Shown here piece after piece: positions 1 through 12,100 of a DNA stretch of 64,000 bases (its first letter is position 1; each line of letters begins with the position of its first letter). The notes under the pieces are model-generated. The model did not search any database and had not been told where the DNA came from. It saw only the letters and a program-made list of their open reading frames with translations. The DNA comes from Monocercomonoides exilis PA203 (taxonomy: Eukaryota > Protista > Preaxostyla). The DNA lies in the NCBI GenBank assembly GCA_001643675.2, contig LSRY02000026.1:1054001-1118000 (forward strand), given 5' to 3'. A program made the position numbers and the translations under genes.

Positions 1-3000
1 GTGCTCGATCAAAAGCAATGCTAAAGTACCCGCTGTCAAAACACGCAATATGGCAAAGTCCGCAACGAATACAATGAGTCAGACTGATTGAAGACATCAG
101 CCTGATGGTACCTTGAGAGGAAATAGAAGATGAATTACACCCAGACATTGAATGAGAAGAGAAAGATGAATCAGAATGATCCATTAAGGAAGAAATAGGC
201 TCCACAGAATCGATTTTGGAGCCAATAAGAAAGGACAATGGATTAGATTCTTCAATTTTTTTGAGAGAAGAGCTGCACATCTGACAATTTGATTGCATTT
301 TCCTGCTTTTGTCCCACTTTTGCATCCATTTAGTTCCATCTTTTTCCTCTTGAACAGCTTCAGGATCTCTTTCGCTCCAACTTGTATGTTTGATTTTAAC
401 CACATGAGATGAAAGCCTACTCGAATCTCTCCTTTTTTCATCCTTTGGACAGAAACATCCATACTCGTTGTTCTCATCAGCGTTTCCACAGTAGTCAAAA
501 TGCACATTTAATCCATCGCACACAGGAAGAGGTGCTGATACGATTTCTTCAATGTCTGACGAAATTTTTCGTTCCTTGAAAGGTCCAAAGGAAGTATCTG
601 GAGTTAAACGGGTGGAAAGCATTGGTGGGAACGGATGATGACTCCAGAAAGTGAACGGAGGGACGAATGAAAGAGATGGCAGCGTATTTTGAGATTCATC
701 AGAAGGCAAATAATCTTCTTTTGAAGAAGAGAAAGTGGAAGCAGCAACAGAGAAAGAAGAAGAAGAAGACGAGTTTAATTCATCAATTTTCTTTTTATTC
801 TTCTCATTAGCTTCTTTCTCTCTTTCAAACTCTACAAAATTTCTAACCGTGTGCCTCATTGACTCTTCCATTACAAACCATTTCAGCCCTGTTAAAATAG
901 GCTGTAACGACATTTCAAATCCCTTTGCGAATAAAAGCGACGAAGCAACAACAAGCGAAGCTCCGTGCTGTAGCGCAGAAAAGACATCCGAGCCGTTCTG
1001 AATGCCACCGCTGAAAATAAGCGGTACAAGAGGAAAATGATCCTTATTTGGAAGCATATTTAAATAAATGCTGAACGGAGAAGACGATGAACCAGATAAA
1101 CCATTAGAATTCCAGTTCTGCGATCGAATTGCCTTGTCATTGAAGCGCTTGGAGATGTTTGTAACAGCAGAAAGTGCAAATGGATAAAGTGATGTACCAT
1201 CTATGGCGGAATACGTGGTTATTGGATCGTCTTGAAGGAGGCGAAAACTACCATTGTGCTTTCCATTAGACAATATAGCTTCCGGCTCTTTCACAGTAAC
1301 ATCAGGTGGATGAGAATTGTTATCCTTTGGCAATGTTAAGTTTACTTTCGGATAAGAATTTGTTTCATTTTCTGATGAAGCAGATTTTGAATCGCTAGTT
1401 TTAATTAAAGGAAGCAAGCTATGTCCAGTTTGTGCATTCGACTGAAGTATTCCTGCAATTGGAGACACAGCCACAAGGCAGATCAAAGAAGGAAGATGAG
1501 AAAGCGGAGAAGAAGCCGAAAGGAATGAGTCGATTCGACTCGTAACAGAAACAAGACTCGATCCTTGTTTCAAATCATTTGAAGCACCTATCATTATTTG
1601 TGCAGTGTCTGTCTTAAATTTGTTGCTCATGGGGAATTCTTGTTCGCTTGGCTTGATTCCTTTCAACGCATTATCAATAGCAAGAACTCTTCTGGTGTTC
1701 AGCGAAGCAACAATTGCTGAAAGAAGATTGAGCGAATCTGTTGTATGGTTGGACAGCTTCACAAATAATGGAATAGAAAGTGCAGAAGAAAGTGCGGAAA
1801 GCAGCGAATGAATGCAAAATGGGCAGAAGGAGAAGCTGCTTGAATTAGACAAGAACGAAGGAGACTCGTTGAAAGCCTCTGAATTGCATAACCCAGAAAG
1901 CCAATCTGCTGATGGTGAAGAAGAAAGTGGAGAAAAAGGCGATTCATCGGGAAAAGAAGAGGGAGAGCTGTAGTCACAAGAACCTTCACCAAAGCAGCAA
2001 GGACACAAACGAACAATCTTCTTTTTGTACTCTTTTCCCTGTTCAACAGAATCAATTTCCACAGTATTTCTTTTCTTTTCGTCGACAAAAATTTCGAAAT
2101 GATTAGGAATCACAATTTCAACTCCGTCCGCTCCTGCGTCTTGCAGCTTTTGTCCAGCATCTACCCAAGTATGCAACCATTCGGAATGAATAAAGCGCTG
2201 ATGTCTCAGGAACGAGGAAACAGAAGATTTGGAAAGAGTGCAAAAAGAAACATCAGATGAAGATGAGGAAGAGGAAGAAAATGCATAATCGCTTCGCACA
2301 ATTTCGCCATCAAGCGGACTGAGTGCAAGATGCGAACAACTTTTCACGATAACTTCCTTTTCATCTGTTGAATTTGATCGTTTTGAAGAATCTTTTTCCA
2401 TTTCCTTCACATAATCCAACACAACATTCTCCACTTCTGCTTTCCCAGACACCGCCAGAGACACAACCACTGCTCTGTTCTTCCATTCCTTTTTCAGCTT
2501 CGGCAGCTCCTTCTGCCAGTAGCCTACATCTTTCTCCCCTTTCTCATCGAGAAACGCAAATGCAGCCATTGACGACGAGCCAGATGAGCCTGCACTCGAC
2601 GTTGGCTGGTGCACAGAACGCCGCCCGCCACCGACACGCGGAATGGGAAGGCGTGTCAATGAAAACGAGGTTCGATCGATGGATGAGCAGTGGTTGTGGT
2701 GGGCTGATGAGGCATTGGATGATGAAGAGGGCTGATGTTGTAAAGAAGAAGAAGAAGAAGAAGAAATAGAGTCTTCAAGGCTCGATTTATTTTCATCAGA
2801 ACTACAACTGCATTCCTTCGAGTTATTCTCTTTCCGTTCACCCAATTCGATGTTGAATGGAATGGCAACGGTTTTTGTTACAACAAATGCATATCCGTTT
2901 TGGAATGCTTTTTTGATGCGAATGGCTGAGTCTGTGCTTTGCGAGGCAGCAATTCCAACAGGATGTGGGAGAGAAAAAGGAAATATACTGAATGTGGAAA

Positions 3001-5701
3001 AGGGGAGCGAAGACGAAGGTTTGCTGTTCGGCTGAGAAAAACGTGAGATTGAAGATTGAATTAATTCTGAAGACATAGAGGTTGATTTTGATTGAGCCAA
3101 TGAAGAAGCAGAGGAAGTATCAGATGGAGGGAAAGATGGTGGAACAGAAAGATCAACCAAATCAACTGCTGTGGTGAGAGGGGGTAAAGAAGGTGGTTGA
3201 GGAATGGACGAAGATGACGAAATAGTGGATAAAAAAGAAGAGTAAACTGACGGAGCCATCAAAGTCGAGGAAGAAATATCTTCCTCAATTTCTTTTTCTT
3301 TTTCGTCATCCTTCTTCACATTTCCTTCACTTCTATGCAAATTATTACCTTCTCTCTCCTCACTTTCTTCACTTTCTGCCCTTCTTACTCTCCTTTCCCT
3401 TGCCATCTTATCCTTCACACCGTCTTCTCCACTGAGCCTTCTATGAATGCTCCACGCTGCAATCTTGCCGTCGTTCACTGCTTCGACTACAGACGAAGAG
3501 TGAGCGCAGTCACCGCCACACCAAATGTTCAAAAGGGGTGTTTCGAGTGTGATGGGATGTACACACAAGCTGCGGGTCGCAGCGGAGAGAGGGAGAGGGT
3601 GGAGCGGAGAGTCTGAGGAGGCGATGATGAAATTGGAGGAGGAAGAAGAAGAAATATTATTATTATTATTGTTTATATAATTTATATTTGAAGAAGAAGA
3701 AGAAGAAGAAGATGGAATTGAACTGGAACGAGAATCTTTGTTGGTTCGCGCAGACTGGACAGAAATTGTGGTTGTGGTTATATTTGCGTCTTTTGAAGAG
3801 CCATCTTGTTGTTGCTGAGGAGGTTGTGAAGTTGTGGTTAGGTATTTCGTCTGTGATGCACTGAGAGGTGGCGGTGGAAGAAAAGGGAGTGAATTAATAT
3901 CAGAAGAGGAAGAGGAAAAGGAAGAAGAGGAAGAGGACGAAGATGCAGATGATGTGGAAACAGATGTTTTTGCAGAAACTGAAAATGATGAACCGACTGG
4001 AAGTTGAGATCCCAATGCAGTAATTAAATAGTCAAAATACAGCGTTCGCGTCTGATTGTTGTCCTTTACATATTCCCATTCCACAACTGTGGATATGACT
4101 TCTTCTTCTTCTTCTTCTTTAACTTTTATACTGTTATTTCCGGATTCTTTGTTTTTGCTTTGGTTGTCTGCTGATGAGTTATCTGATGATGAGTCATCTG
4201 CTCTCTTCATCTTCTTCACTTTCTTTCGTATTTCCTTTGCCACTTTCTTTTTGATCATCAAGTCGCACACTAAAGCAACTGCTTTTTTCACTTTGATTTT
4301 CTTTGAAGAACTGTTTTCTCTATCATTCACATTAAAGCCGTTTTCAAATTTGAAATCAAACCCATTCTCATTCACTTCCTCTGAATCCACTTCCTGTTCT
4401 TCGACAATAACCTCCCTTGGCGCATGACAGCCCAGAATCTCCACTTTGTCTCTAAGGATGTTTGTGAGCTCATCTTCGTTCATTCGCATGTCCGATACCC
4501 CTCTCCGCACAACCAGTGAGACTTGCTCTGCCCCGCACCGAAAGGCCGACTGTGCTGTATCTGCAGCCACATCGCCAGCGCCCACAACAAGCACCCTCCC
4601 GTGCAGCCTCGGAAATGGAGGGATTTTCCTGGGCAGCCCATGCCGTTCACTCCATTCCCACAGACATTCCTTTGTGGATGCACAGAATGCTCCGAGAAAC
4701 GACTTGCTGGTGAACACATTAATACAGTTCTGTGCGTTTCGGAAGACTGATGGGATAACTGACTCTGGGTTGCCCATACCAACGAAAATCGCCCCGAATT
4801 TTGTGGGCCAATCAGTTTTCTGCTCATTTCTCGTTTGATCAAAAGATTGAGTTATTTCTGATTTTTGCCTTGTTGAGTTGTAGTTGTTACACATTTGATT
4901 TGAATAAGTCTCGTCGAGGAAGCGATCAACATCAAACAACGTTTTAAGATGAATATCACGTCCTAATTCCACTCCGCAGTGAAATTTAACTCCTAAATCT
5001 TCGATAAATCTTATTTCCTCTAACGTTACTCGATGAGGAATTCGGAACTCAGCAATCTCGGCAGCTGGTGTTCCACCTGGAAACAAATGTCGTTCGAAAA
5101 TATGAATATTGTTGTATCCAATTCGAGCAAGATAAGTCGCACAGGAAAGTGAGGCTGGACCAGAACCTATTAAAGCAATTGGAGTGCAATGATATTTGTT
5201 TTGTTGCTGCCAACTTAATATAGGCCTAAATATTGGGAGTTTTGTTCTTGAAAACACTTCTAAAATTGCCTTATGAAGCTCTGGTATATGAATGGCTCCG
5301 AGATGCGAATCCGCTAAAACACAGGATCCACGACAAGAACTACTTGTTGCACAAAGATAGCCGCAAGACCATGCAAGAGGATTTGTTGTCAATATTAATT
5401 TTGCAGCAAGATAAAAATCTCCTTCTTGAAGTGCATTATGAGCATGCGAAACATCAAGCTGAGTTCTGCAAGAAGAAACACATGGTGCTTCATAACATTT
5501 TAAACATCTTTGAGCCTCATTTATTGCCTCATCAATGCTATATGTCCTTGAGACGCATCTTAAATCATTCAGTCGTTCTGTTCCTTCAATTGGTCTGACT
5601 CTACGGAAATACAATGCGGATTCTCTCGCTTCTTTTGTTGATCTAATAAGAACAGCCCGCTTTGCTGTTTGAGGAATAGAAACATCGTTTTCCGTTATCA
5701 T
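1..5701 (-). CDS. DPYD: Dihydropyrimidine dehydrogenase (NADP+)-like Fe-S flavoprotein, >1900 aa, 3' end beyond left window edge
   Basis: Manual translation from ATG at 5701. Motifs in DPYD order, with frame checked at 5701, 2101 and 1: EAQRCLKCYEAPCVSSC and CGYLCATSSSCRGSC (N-terminal 4Fe-4S), IALIGSGPASLSCATYLARIGY (FAD), VLVVGAGDVAADTAQSAFRCGA (NADPH), GGDCAHSSSVVEAVNDGKIAAWSIH, HPVGIAAS..KAFQNGYAFVVTKT (FMN barrel), IFSGGIQNG, and CIRCGLCHIACFDSGY (C-terminal ferredoxin). Absent from the ORF track, consistent with no stop inside the window. Confidence 0.93.
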   Translation of the reverse strand, partial: MITENDVSIPQTAKRAVLIRSTKEARESALYFRRVRPIEGTERLNDLRCVSRTYSIDEAINEAQRCLKCYEAPCVSSCRTQLDVSHAHNALQEGDFYLAAKLILTTNPLAWSCGYLCATSSSCRGSCVLADSHLGAIHIPELHKAILEVFSRTKLPIFRPILSWQQQNKYHCTPIALIGSGPASLSCATYLARIGYNNIHIFERHLFPGGTPAAEIAEFRIPHRVTLEEIRFIEDLGVKFHCGVELGRDIHLKTLFDVDRFLDETYSNQMCNNYNSTRQKSEITQSFDQTRNEQKTDWPTKFGAIFVGMGNPESVIPSVFRNAQNCINVFTSKSFLGAFCASTKECLWEWSERHGLPRKIPPFPRLHGRVLVVGAGDVAADTAQSAFRCGAEQVSLVVRRGVSDMRMNEDELTNILRDKVEILGCHAPREVIVEEQEVDSEEVNENGFDFKFENGFNVNDRENSSSKKIKVKKAVALVCDLMIKKKVAKEIRKKVKKMKRADDSSSDNSSADNQSKNKESGNNSIKVKEEEEEEVISTVVEWEYVKDNNQTRTLYFDYLITALGSQLPVGSSFSVSAKTSVSTSSASSSSSSSSFSSSSSDINSLPFLPPPPLSASQTKYLTTTSQPPQQQQDGSSKDANITTTTISVQSARTNKDSRSSSIPSSSSSSSSNINYINNNNNNISSSSSSNFIIASSDSPLHPLPLSAATRSLCVHPITLETPLLNIWCGGDCAHSSSVVEAVNDGKIAAWSIHRRLSGEDGVKDKMARERRVRRAESEESEEREGNNLHRSEGNVKKDDEKEKEIEEDISSSTLMAPSVYSSFLSTISSSSSIPQPPSLPPLTTAVDLVDLSVPPSFPPSDTSSASSLAQSKSTSMSSELIQSSISRFSQPNSKPSSSLPFSTFSIFPFSLPHPVGIAASQSTDSAIRIKKAFQNGYAFVVTKTVAIPFNIELGERKENNSKECSCSSDENKSSLEDSISSSSSSSLQHQPSSSSNASSAHHNHCSSIDRTSFSLTRLPIPRVGGGRRSVHQPTSSAGSSGSSSMAAFAFLDEKGEKDVGYWQKELPKLKKEWKNRAVVVSLAVSGKAEVENVVLDYVKEMEKDSSKRSNSTDEKEVIVKSCSHLALSPLDGEIVRSDYAFSSSSSSSSDVSFCTLSKSSVSSFLRHQRFIHSEWLHTWVDAGQKLQDAGADGVEIVIPNHFEIFVDEKKRNTVEIDSVEQGKEYKKKIVRLCPCCFGEGSCDYSSPSSFPDESPFSPLSSSPSADWLSGLCNSEAFNESPSFLSNSSSFSFCPFCIHSLLSALSSALSIPLFVKLSNHTTDSLNLLSAIVASLNTRRVLAIDNALKGIKPSEQEFPMSNKFKTDTAQIMIGASNDLKQGSSLVSVTSRIDSFLSASSPLSHLPSLICLVAVSPIAGILQSNAQTGHSLLPLIKTSDSKSASSENETNSYPKVNLTLPKDNNSHPPDVTVKEPEAILSNGKHNGSFRLLQDDPITTYSAIDGTSLYPFALSAVTNISKRFNDKAIRSQNWNSNGLSGSSSSPFSIYLNMLPNKDHFPLVPLIFSGGIQNGSDVFSALQHGASLVVASSLLFAKGFEMSLQPILTGLKWFVMEESMRHTVRNFVEFEREKEANEKNKKKIDELNSSSSSSFSVAASTFSSSKEDYLPSDESQNTLPSLSFVPPFTFWSHHPFPPMLSTRLTPDTSFGPFKERKISSDIEEIVSAPLPVCDGLNVHFDYCGNADENNEYGCFCPKDEKRRDSSRLSSHVVKIKHTSWSERDPEAVQEEKDGTKWMQKWDKSRKMQSNCQMCSSSLKKIEESNPLSFLIGSKIDSVEPISSLMDHSDSSFSSHSMSGCNSSSISSQGTIRLMSSISLTHCIRCGLCHIACFDSGYFSIAFDRA

Positions 5702-6116
5702 GCTTGGTACAAATAGTCGTTAATCATTTTTACTAAACAGAATATCTGCTAAAAACATCCGCAGATGAAAACTTATCAATAAATTAAATTTATAATGGCA
5801 GATATAAACATGGTTGTTCTCGAATGGAATCAACATAAATTAATAATCATTATAGTTTCATTAAAAATAAGCATTGATTTTTGCAAATAACATATACATA
5901 ATGATGGTTACAGTGATCAATTATTTTTCGTTTGCAGTCGTTTTACATTGCGAGGAAAGTAATTAACTATCAACTGAAAAATTAAATAAATGGCTCAAAA
6001 TGTTTGATTATTAAAATTGTTTATTCGTCAATTGATTTGCAAAATTTTTGTGACAAAACTATTTCTATCATTTGCATTAGGAGCCAAAGAAGCTCTCGTC
6101 ATTTCCACCAGAGAAG
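5702..6116. promoter_or_regulatory. Short divergent (head-to-head) intergenic region, probable bidirectional promoter; may also hold a small first exon/intron of the B56 gene
   Basis: ~415 bp AT-rich gap between divergent ORFs; acceptor-like TTTGCATTAG ends at 6080 in phase with the B56 ORF. Confidence 0.45.
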
Positions 6117-9100
6117 TTGAGCATTGAAATTCCAGCATCAAATCTTATGGATTTGCTACAAAATGTTCAGTCATTGCCAGTTACACCATCAAAAATTCAG
6201 CCACTTCTTTCACCAGATTTTATTCCAAGACGGTTATTTCAAAGAACTTCATCATTCCTTTCCCCTTCGTTGGGAAAATGGGTTATTATTCCAGATTTCC
6301 CATCCTTTCAAGGTTTCTTTGAACAATTTTATATTTTATTCGAAAGAAATTACTTTTTCTTAGAAACACCCCCTTATAGGAGGACAGCTTTATTAATTTC
6401 AAAATTAGAAGCATGCTGTACGCCTGTGGACTGGAGCGAAAAAGCTTCAGATATTTGTGTTCATTCTCGCAATCTGAAAGAAAAACATTTAAGATCGATT
6501 CTTAATTATATACAAGCAATGCAGAATCAAATTGAACCAACAGACGGTGATGGCTCGTTTTCATACGAAAGTTCTGAGTCTTCTACTCCTGGGAGCATTT
6601 GCGAAGATTCTCAGCAATTTGTCGATTTTCCTCCGCAAACCTGGCCTTCAGTGAAAAAATTCATTCAGTCAAACTTGCTTCGGGGCATATCAGAGCATGA
6701 TGCTCTGTCTAAAGCGACGTTTGAATTCGACGAGGAAGATGCGGTTCTTCTGAAGGAATGGGTGCATCTGGAGCTCTGCTACGAGATAACGCTCCTGTTC
6801 ATTCTTTCGCTGAATGTGAACCCACACAAGGCGAGGGACGTCACGATCACTCCAGACGTAGTCGCAGGCTTTGTCGAGGCGATGGACAGTGTCGACGCGC
6901 GCGAGCGGGACTCAGCTAAGGCGGTGCTGCACTGGATCTACTCGCGCTACCCTTCGCGCCGCTCCTTCATCCGGAAGAGCCTGGCGATTGTGTTTGACCA
7001 GATCGCAAGCGACGAGCTGAGATTCAACGGCATCAACGAGATTATGGATCTGATGGTGTCTGTGGCGACAGGGATGAGTGTGCCTATCAAAGACGACATC
7101 CTGCACCTCTTCACACACGGGGTGCTCCGGCTGCATGCTGCCCCTACTCTCCCGCTTTTTGGAAGGAGGCTCAGCGCCCTTGACACAATCTACGTGAGCA
7201 AAGAGAACAGGCTGTGTGTGGCTGTGCTGGAATGCTTGTGGCGTCTGTGGCCGAAAGTGTCGTCGCAGAAGGAGACTTTGTTTCTGGACGAGATGGAAGA
7301 TGTCATCGAGACAGTCGGGGCAGAGAAGTTCATTGAGATCTGCAAGGAGCATAAAGAGAACGTGAAGCTTCTAACTGATGGGAAACTGAGTGAGCGAGAA
7401 TATTCTGCTGTTTATCATTCGCCCTCGCCATCGCATACACCTACGCCTTCGTTTTCGCCATCATTTTCGCCATCATTTTCGCCTTCGCCTTCTCCTTTTC
7501 CTGCTCCTTCTTCTTATTCCTCGCCTTCTTCGTCTCCTTCACCTCCGTCTGCTCATTCCCCTTCCCTGTTTGCTTCTTCTTCTTCTTCTTCTTCTTCTTC
7601 TCCACCTCATTCTCTTTCTCCTTCTCTTCCTCCTCTTCAAAATTCCTCAATTTCTAACCAAAATTCATCTTTTTCTGATTCACACCTGCCAAATAATACA
7701 ACTCCTACTCTTTCTCTTTCCTCTTCTTCTCCTTCTCACCATCCATCAAAACCCCTCGTTTTGTCCTCCTATCCATCTTCCCACACCCGCCGCTCCAGAA
7801 CACCCAAACTGCCTCTTCTCCACAAGCTTTTCGTTATTCTTGCCCATTGCATCGAAAGCCCCAACTTCAATGTGGCTGAACGGGCACTTCAATACTTCGC
7901 TAATGCGACAATTACGAAGCTGCTGCAGGAGACGAAGCAAGCGTCGCTTCCTGTTTTGTTTGTGGCGATGTACAGATGCAGCCGAGGGCATTGGAATGAA
8001 GGGGTGAAAACATTAAGCTTGTCTGCACTGAAGGTGTTGGAAGAAATTGACTCGTTGTTGTTTGACATGTGTGCGAGGAATGCGAAGGAGAGGAGCGAGA
8101 CGAGAGAAAGAGTGGGGGAAGGGGTGTGGAGGTGTGTGGAGAGGAAGGCGTGGGAGAGGGTGAGGGGGTGGAGGAGAGATAGAAGGAAGAGGAAGAAGGA
8201 GAAGGAGAAGGAGAAAGAGAAAGAGAAGGAAATAAAGGAGATTGGGAATACTATTGAAATAAACAATGATAAAGAGAAAAATAATTTTAGTTCAAAAGAT
8301 GAGTCTAAAACCGGAAAAAATCTAATTTCTCCGAACCACAATGAAAACTTAAGCTCCGAAGTTGAATCGCCAAGTGAGTCTGAAAAGGTATTGTGGTGGC
8401 TCGATTTGCCAGCAGAAATACCGAATTGCGGAATTTATTCATCATCTTCATCACCATCATCATCTTCTTCTGCTTTGAACAATAATAACATCATTTCATC
8501 ATCATCTTCCTATTCTTCCACTTCATCAGCTTCTTCTTCTCTTTCCTCTTCTCCTTCTTCTTCTCTTTCTCAAACTACTCTTCTTTCTCCTTCTCCCGAC
8601 GCAAACGAAAGCGTATTTTCTTCTGTTTCTTCGTTTAATGAAAAAGATAGCTTGGATTGTGAAGAAGAAATGGAAGAAGAGAAGAAGAAGAAGAAGAAGA
8701 AGAAGAAGTCAAATGAGAATAAAGAGGAACTAGAAATAAATACGTCATCATCATCATCTTCTTCTTCTTCCACTTCCACTTCCTCTTCTTCCTCTTCTTC
8801 TCCTTCTCCTTCTCTTCTCAACCCAACTACAAATTTAATGTTCAGCATCATTTCTTCTTCTCGCCTTCATCCAAATGTGAAAAGGTTGATGAAATCTTCT
8901 TCTTCTTCTTCTTCTTTCTCTTTCTCTTTTCCTCCTCCTCCTCCTCCTCCTCCTCTTCACCCTCCATTTAAACTTTCTTCCTCTTTATCTTCTTCTTCTT
9001 CTTCTTCTTCTTCTTCTTCCTTTTCCTCTTCCTCTTCTTCTTCTTTTTCTTCCTCTTTCTCCAAAAACATGCCATTTCCTCAGTCAAAACTTGCTCTTTC

Positions 9101-12100
9101 TTCTTGTTCTTCTTCTGCTTCTTTCGCTTCTTATGCTTCTTTTGCCTCTTTCGAAGAGTTTTCTTGTGCTCCAACAGAAAGAGAGAGAAACAATTTGGAT
9201 TGTTATTCAGGGGAAAAGGGGAGAATGGAAGAAGAGAAGAAAGAAGAGAAGAAAGAAGAGAAGAAAGAAGAGAAAGAAGGAGAAAAAGGAGATGAAAAAG
9301 GAAAAGAAGAAGGAAATAGAGCTTCTGAAATACTTTCAAATGAGTCTTGCAACGGGAAAAACGTTAATATCAATGCCAAAGACGAAATAAATGCAACATC
9401 ATCATCATCATCATCTTCTTCTTCTTCTTCTTCTTCTTCTTCTTCTTCTTCTTCTTCTTCTTCTGATCCCTTAGAGCTCAATCCTGATGATGAAGCAGCA
9501 AAACCAGTTGATTTCGAACTCGATTTGGATGAAGACGCAATTGATACACCAAATTCCAAGCTTGAAAAGAGGAAGAATGTGATGTTAGCTGCTGGAGTGA
9601 AGGAAGAAGAAGAAGGGAAAGAGAAGGAGAAGGAGAAAGAAAGAGAGAAAGATAAAGAAAATGATAATTCTTCTTCTTCTTCCTCTTCTTCTTCTTCTTC
9701 TTCCTCTCTTTCTTCCCCACTTCCTTCTCCACACCCTTCCCTTCTTCCTTCCATTGGAGTGCGAAGAAAATCTCTTCTTCCGTCTTCGATTAGCCAATTG
9801 TTGCAAGACGAGCTTTCGAGTTATGTTTCAGTGGAGAAGAGGAGCCTGGAGACAGTGGCTGCAGCAGTTATGAACAGTGTGAAGAAGAGGGAGGAGAAGG
9901 AAGGAGAGAAGGAGAAAGAGGAAAAGGAAAGGGAAGGAGAAAGAGGAGAAGGAGAAAGAAATGATTATGAGATTGAAAATGGCAAAAAGAATGAGAAAGG
10001 AAAAGAAAAAGAAGAAGGAAAAGTTAACAATAAAGAAAACAACTTGGCCAATTTGACAACAAACAAGTCAGAAAGCAACAGAAATTCACAAGAATTTAGT
10101 TCATCAATTGAACATTTGAGCAATGAAGAAGGTAAAACAAAAGCAGAAGACGAAAATGCAACCGAAGCTGAATTAAAAACAAAAAGCAAAGAAAATAACA
10201 AAGAAAGAGAAAGAGAGAAAGAGAAAGACAAAGAGAAAGACAAAGAAAAAAACAAAGACAAAATAAAAACCAATGAAAAACCTTCTTGTCATTCGCGCCA
10301 CAATTCGAAAACGAATGAAAATGCACCCGAAATCGACGAAGAGTTTGTGAAGATGCTGCAAGATCGAATCAACCCTCCATTTAATCCTTTGCTCCAGTCA
10401 GTTTCACGAAGAAATTCGGAATCGCGTTCTTCTTCGATTGCTTCACAGGAATCTCTGTTGATGTCGTTGAATGCAATGAGCCAGCAGAGACAAGGGGGAG
10501 GAGGAGGAGGAGGGAAGAATAAGATGAATGAGGGGAAGGAAGAGAAGGAAGAGAACGAAAAGAAAGAAGGGAAAGGAGAAGAAGAAATAAAACCAGGAAT
10601 ATCAAAAAATGTTGAAAGAGAAGAAGAAAAAGATATGAAAACAATGGATGATCAATCTGATAAGCAAGCATGGGAAAGAAAAGGTGGCAGTGTAACTATT
10701 AAGGAGAACGATAAAGTCAAAAATGAAGGAGAAGGGGAAGGAAGAGAAGGAAGAGATAGGGAGAATGGGAAGAAGATGAAGAAGAATGAAACTTCAATAG
10801 AAGAACCAATATTGCCAACGATGGTGAAACAAGAAAGTTATTTTTCACTGCTTGAAAAAAAGATGAATGAAAATAAAGAAAATAAAAGAGAAAACAAAGA
10901 AAACAAAGAAAAAGAAGATATTTTCAATGAAAATTTCAGTTTTGCCAGTAAAATACCAGACGTTCTACAAAAGTCAACATATTCGATGATGAATGAAGCA
11001 GAGGTTGAAAATGTGAAAGAGAATAAAATTCGAGTGAGAAGGAAGGCTGATGAAATTATCGATGATTCTTTGTGTTCTTCTTCTTCTTCTACATCTTCTA
11101 CATCTTCTCAAAAATTACCTGAACTAATTAAATCAAATTCTGTCATTAGAGAACAACCTTCAAAAAGTCATTTTCAATCAGAAAACATCAAAAATTACGC
11201 AAATTCTTCTCAAAATGCCAATTTTGAAGAAGAAGAAGAAAAAGAAGAAAATGAAAATGAGAAAGAAAGAGAAAGAGAAAGAGAGAAAGAAAAATTACCA
11301 TTGCAAAATCGGAAGAAGAAGAAGAAATATAAAATTTCGAATGAATTTAAAGAAAATGTTCATAAAAAAGTTGGTTTTGTCACAGAATTTAGTGAAAATG
11401 TTGGATTTAACATGGGAAAAAGAGAAAGAGGAAAAGAAATAAGAAGAGGAGAAGGAGAAGGAAGAGAAGGAAGAAGAGAAGAAGGAAGAAGAGGAGAAAG
11501 AGGAGAAAGAAAAGAAGAAAGCCAAATAAATGAAAAAGATATGCTTCGTATAAGCAAAGCTATTTCTTCCTCTAAAACTTCTCACAATTCATCCAAATTT
11601 GCTCAAAAAACACAAAAATCTTCAAATTTGCTCAAAAATAGCAAAAAAGAGAAAAAAGGTGGAAGAGAAGAAGAAGAGAAAGAGAAAGAAAAAGAAGAAA
11701 ACACATTTTTCTCTTCTTTCCCTTCTTTTTCTCTCTTTCGCCCTTTCCCATCCACTTCTTCTTCCATGAAACATTCTTCGGATTCAGAATTTTCACTTTT
11801 TAGCAGAAGCTCTCAATCATTTGCACTGCCTACTCTTCAGCTTCCTTCTGATTCAGATTTGGTTTGTGCTAGTTATTGTGGTGGCGGAGGAGGAGGAGGA
11901 GGAGGAGGAGGTGGTGGTGGTGGTGGTGGAATAAATGAGAACAACAATAAAAAGGTTAATAATTTTAATAATAATTATGGTTATAATTCATCGAATGCAC
12001 AAATAAATAAGAAAAATGAAACAAGCTCAAATTCTTCATCAACATCTTCTCCTTCTCTTTCTCCTTCTCCCTCTTCTTCCACAAATCCAAGCCCTCCTTC

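Noticed and set aside
184-5598. Many short ORFs listed in the track over 0.2-5.6 kb, and antisense ORFs within 6.1-14 kb
   Set aside because: Shadow frames of DPYD and B56 produced by low-complexity sequence
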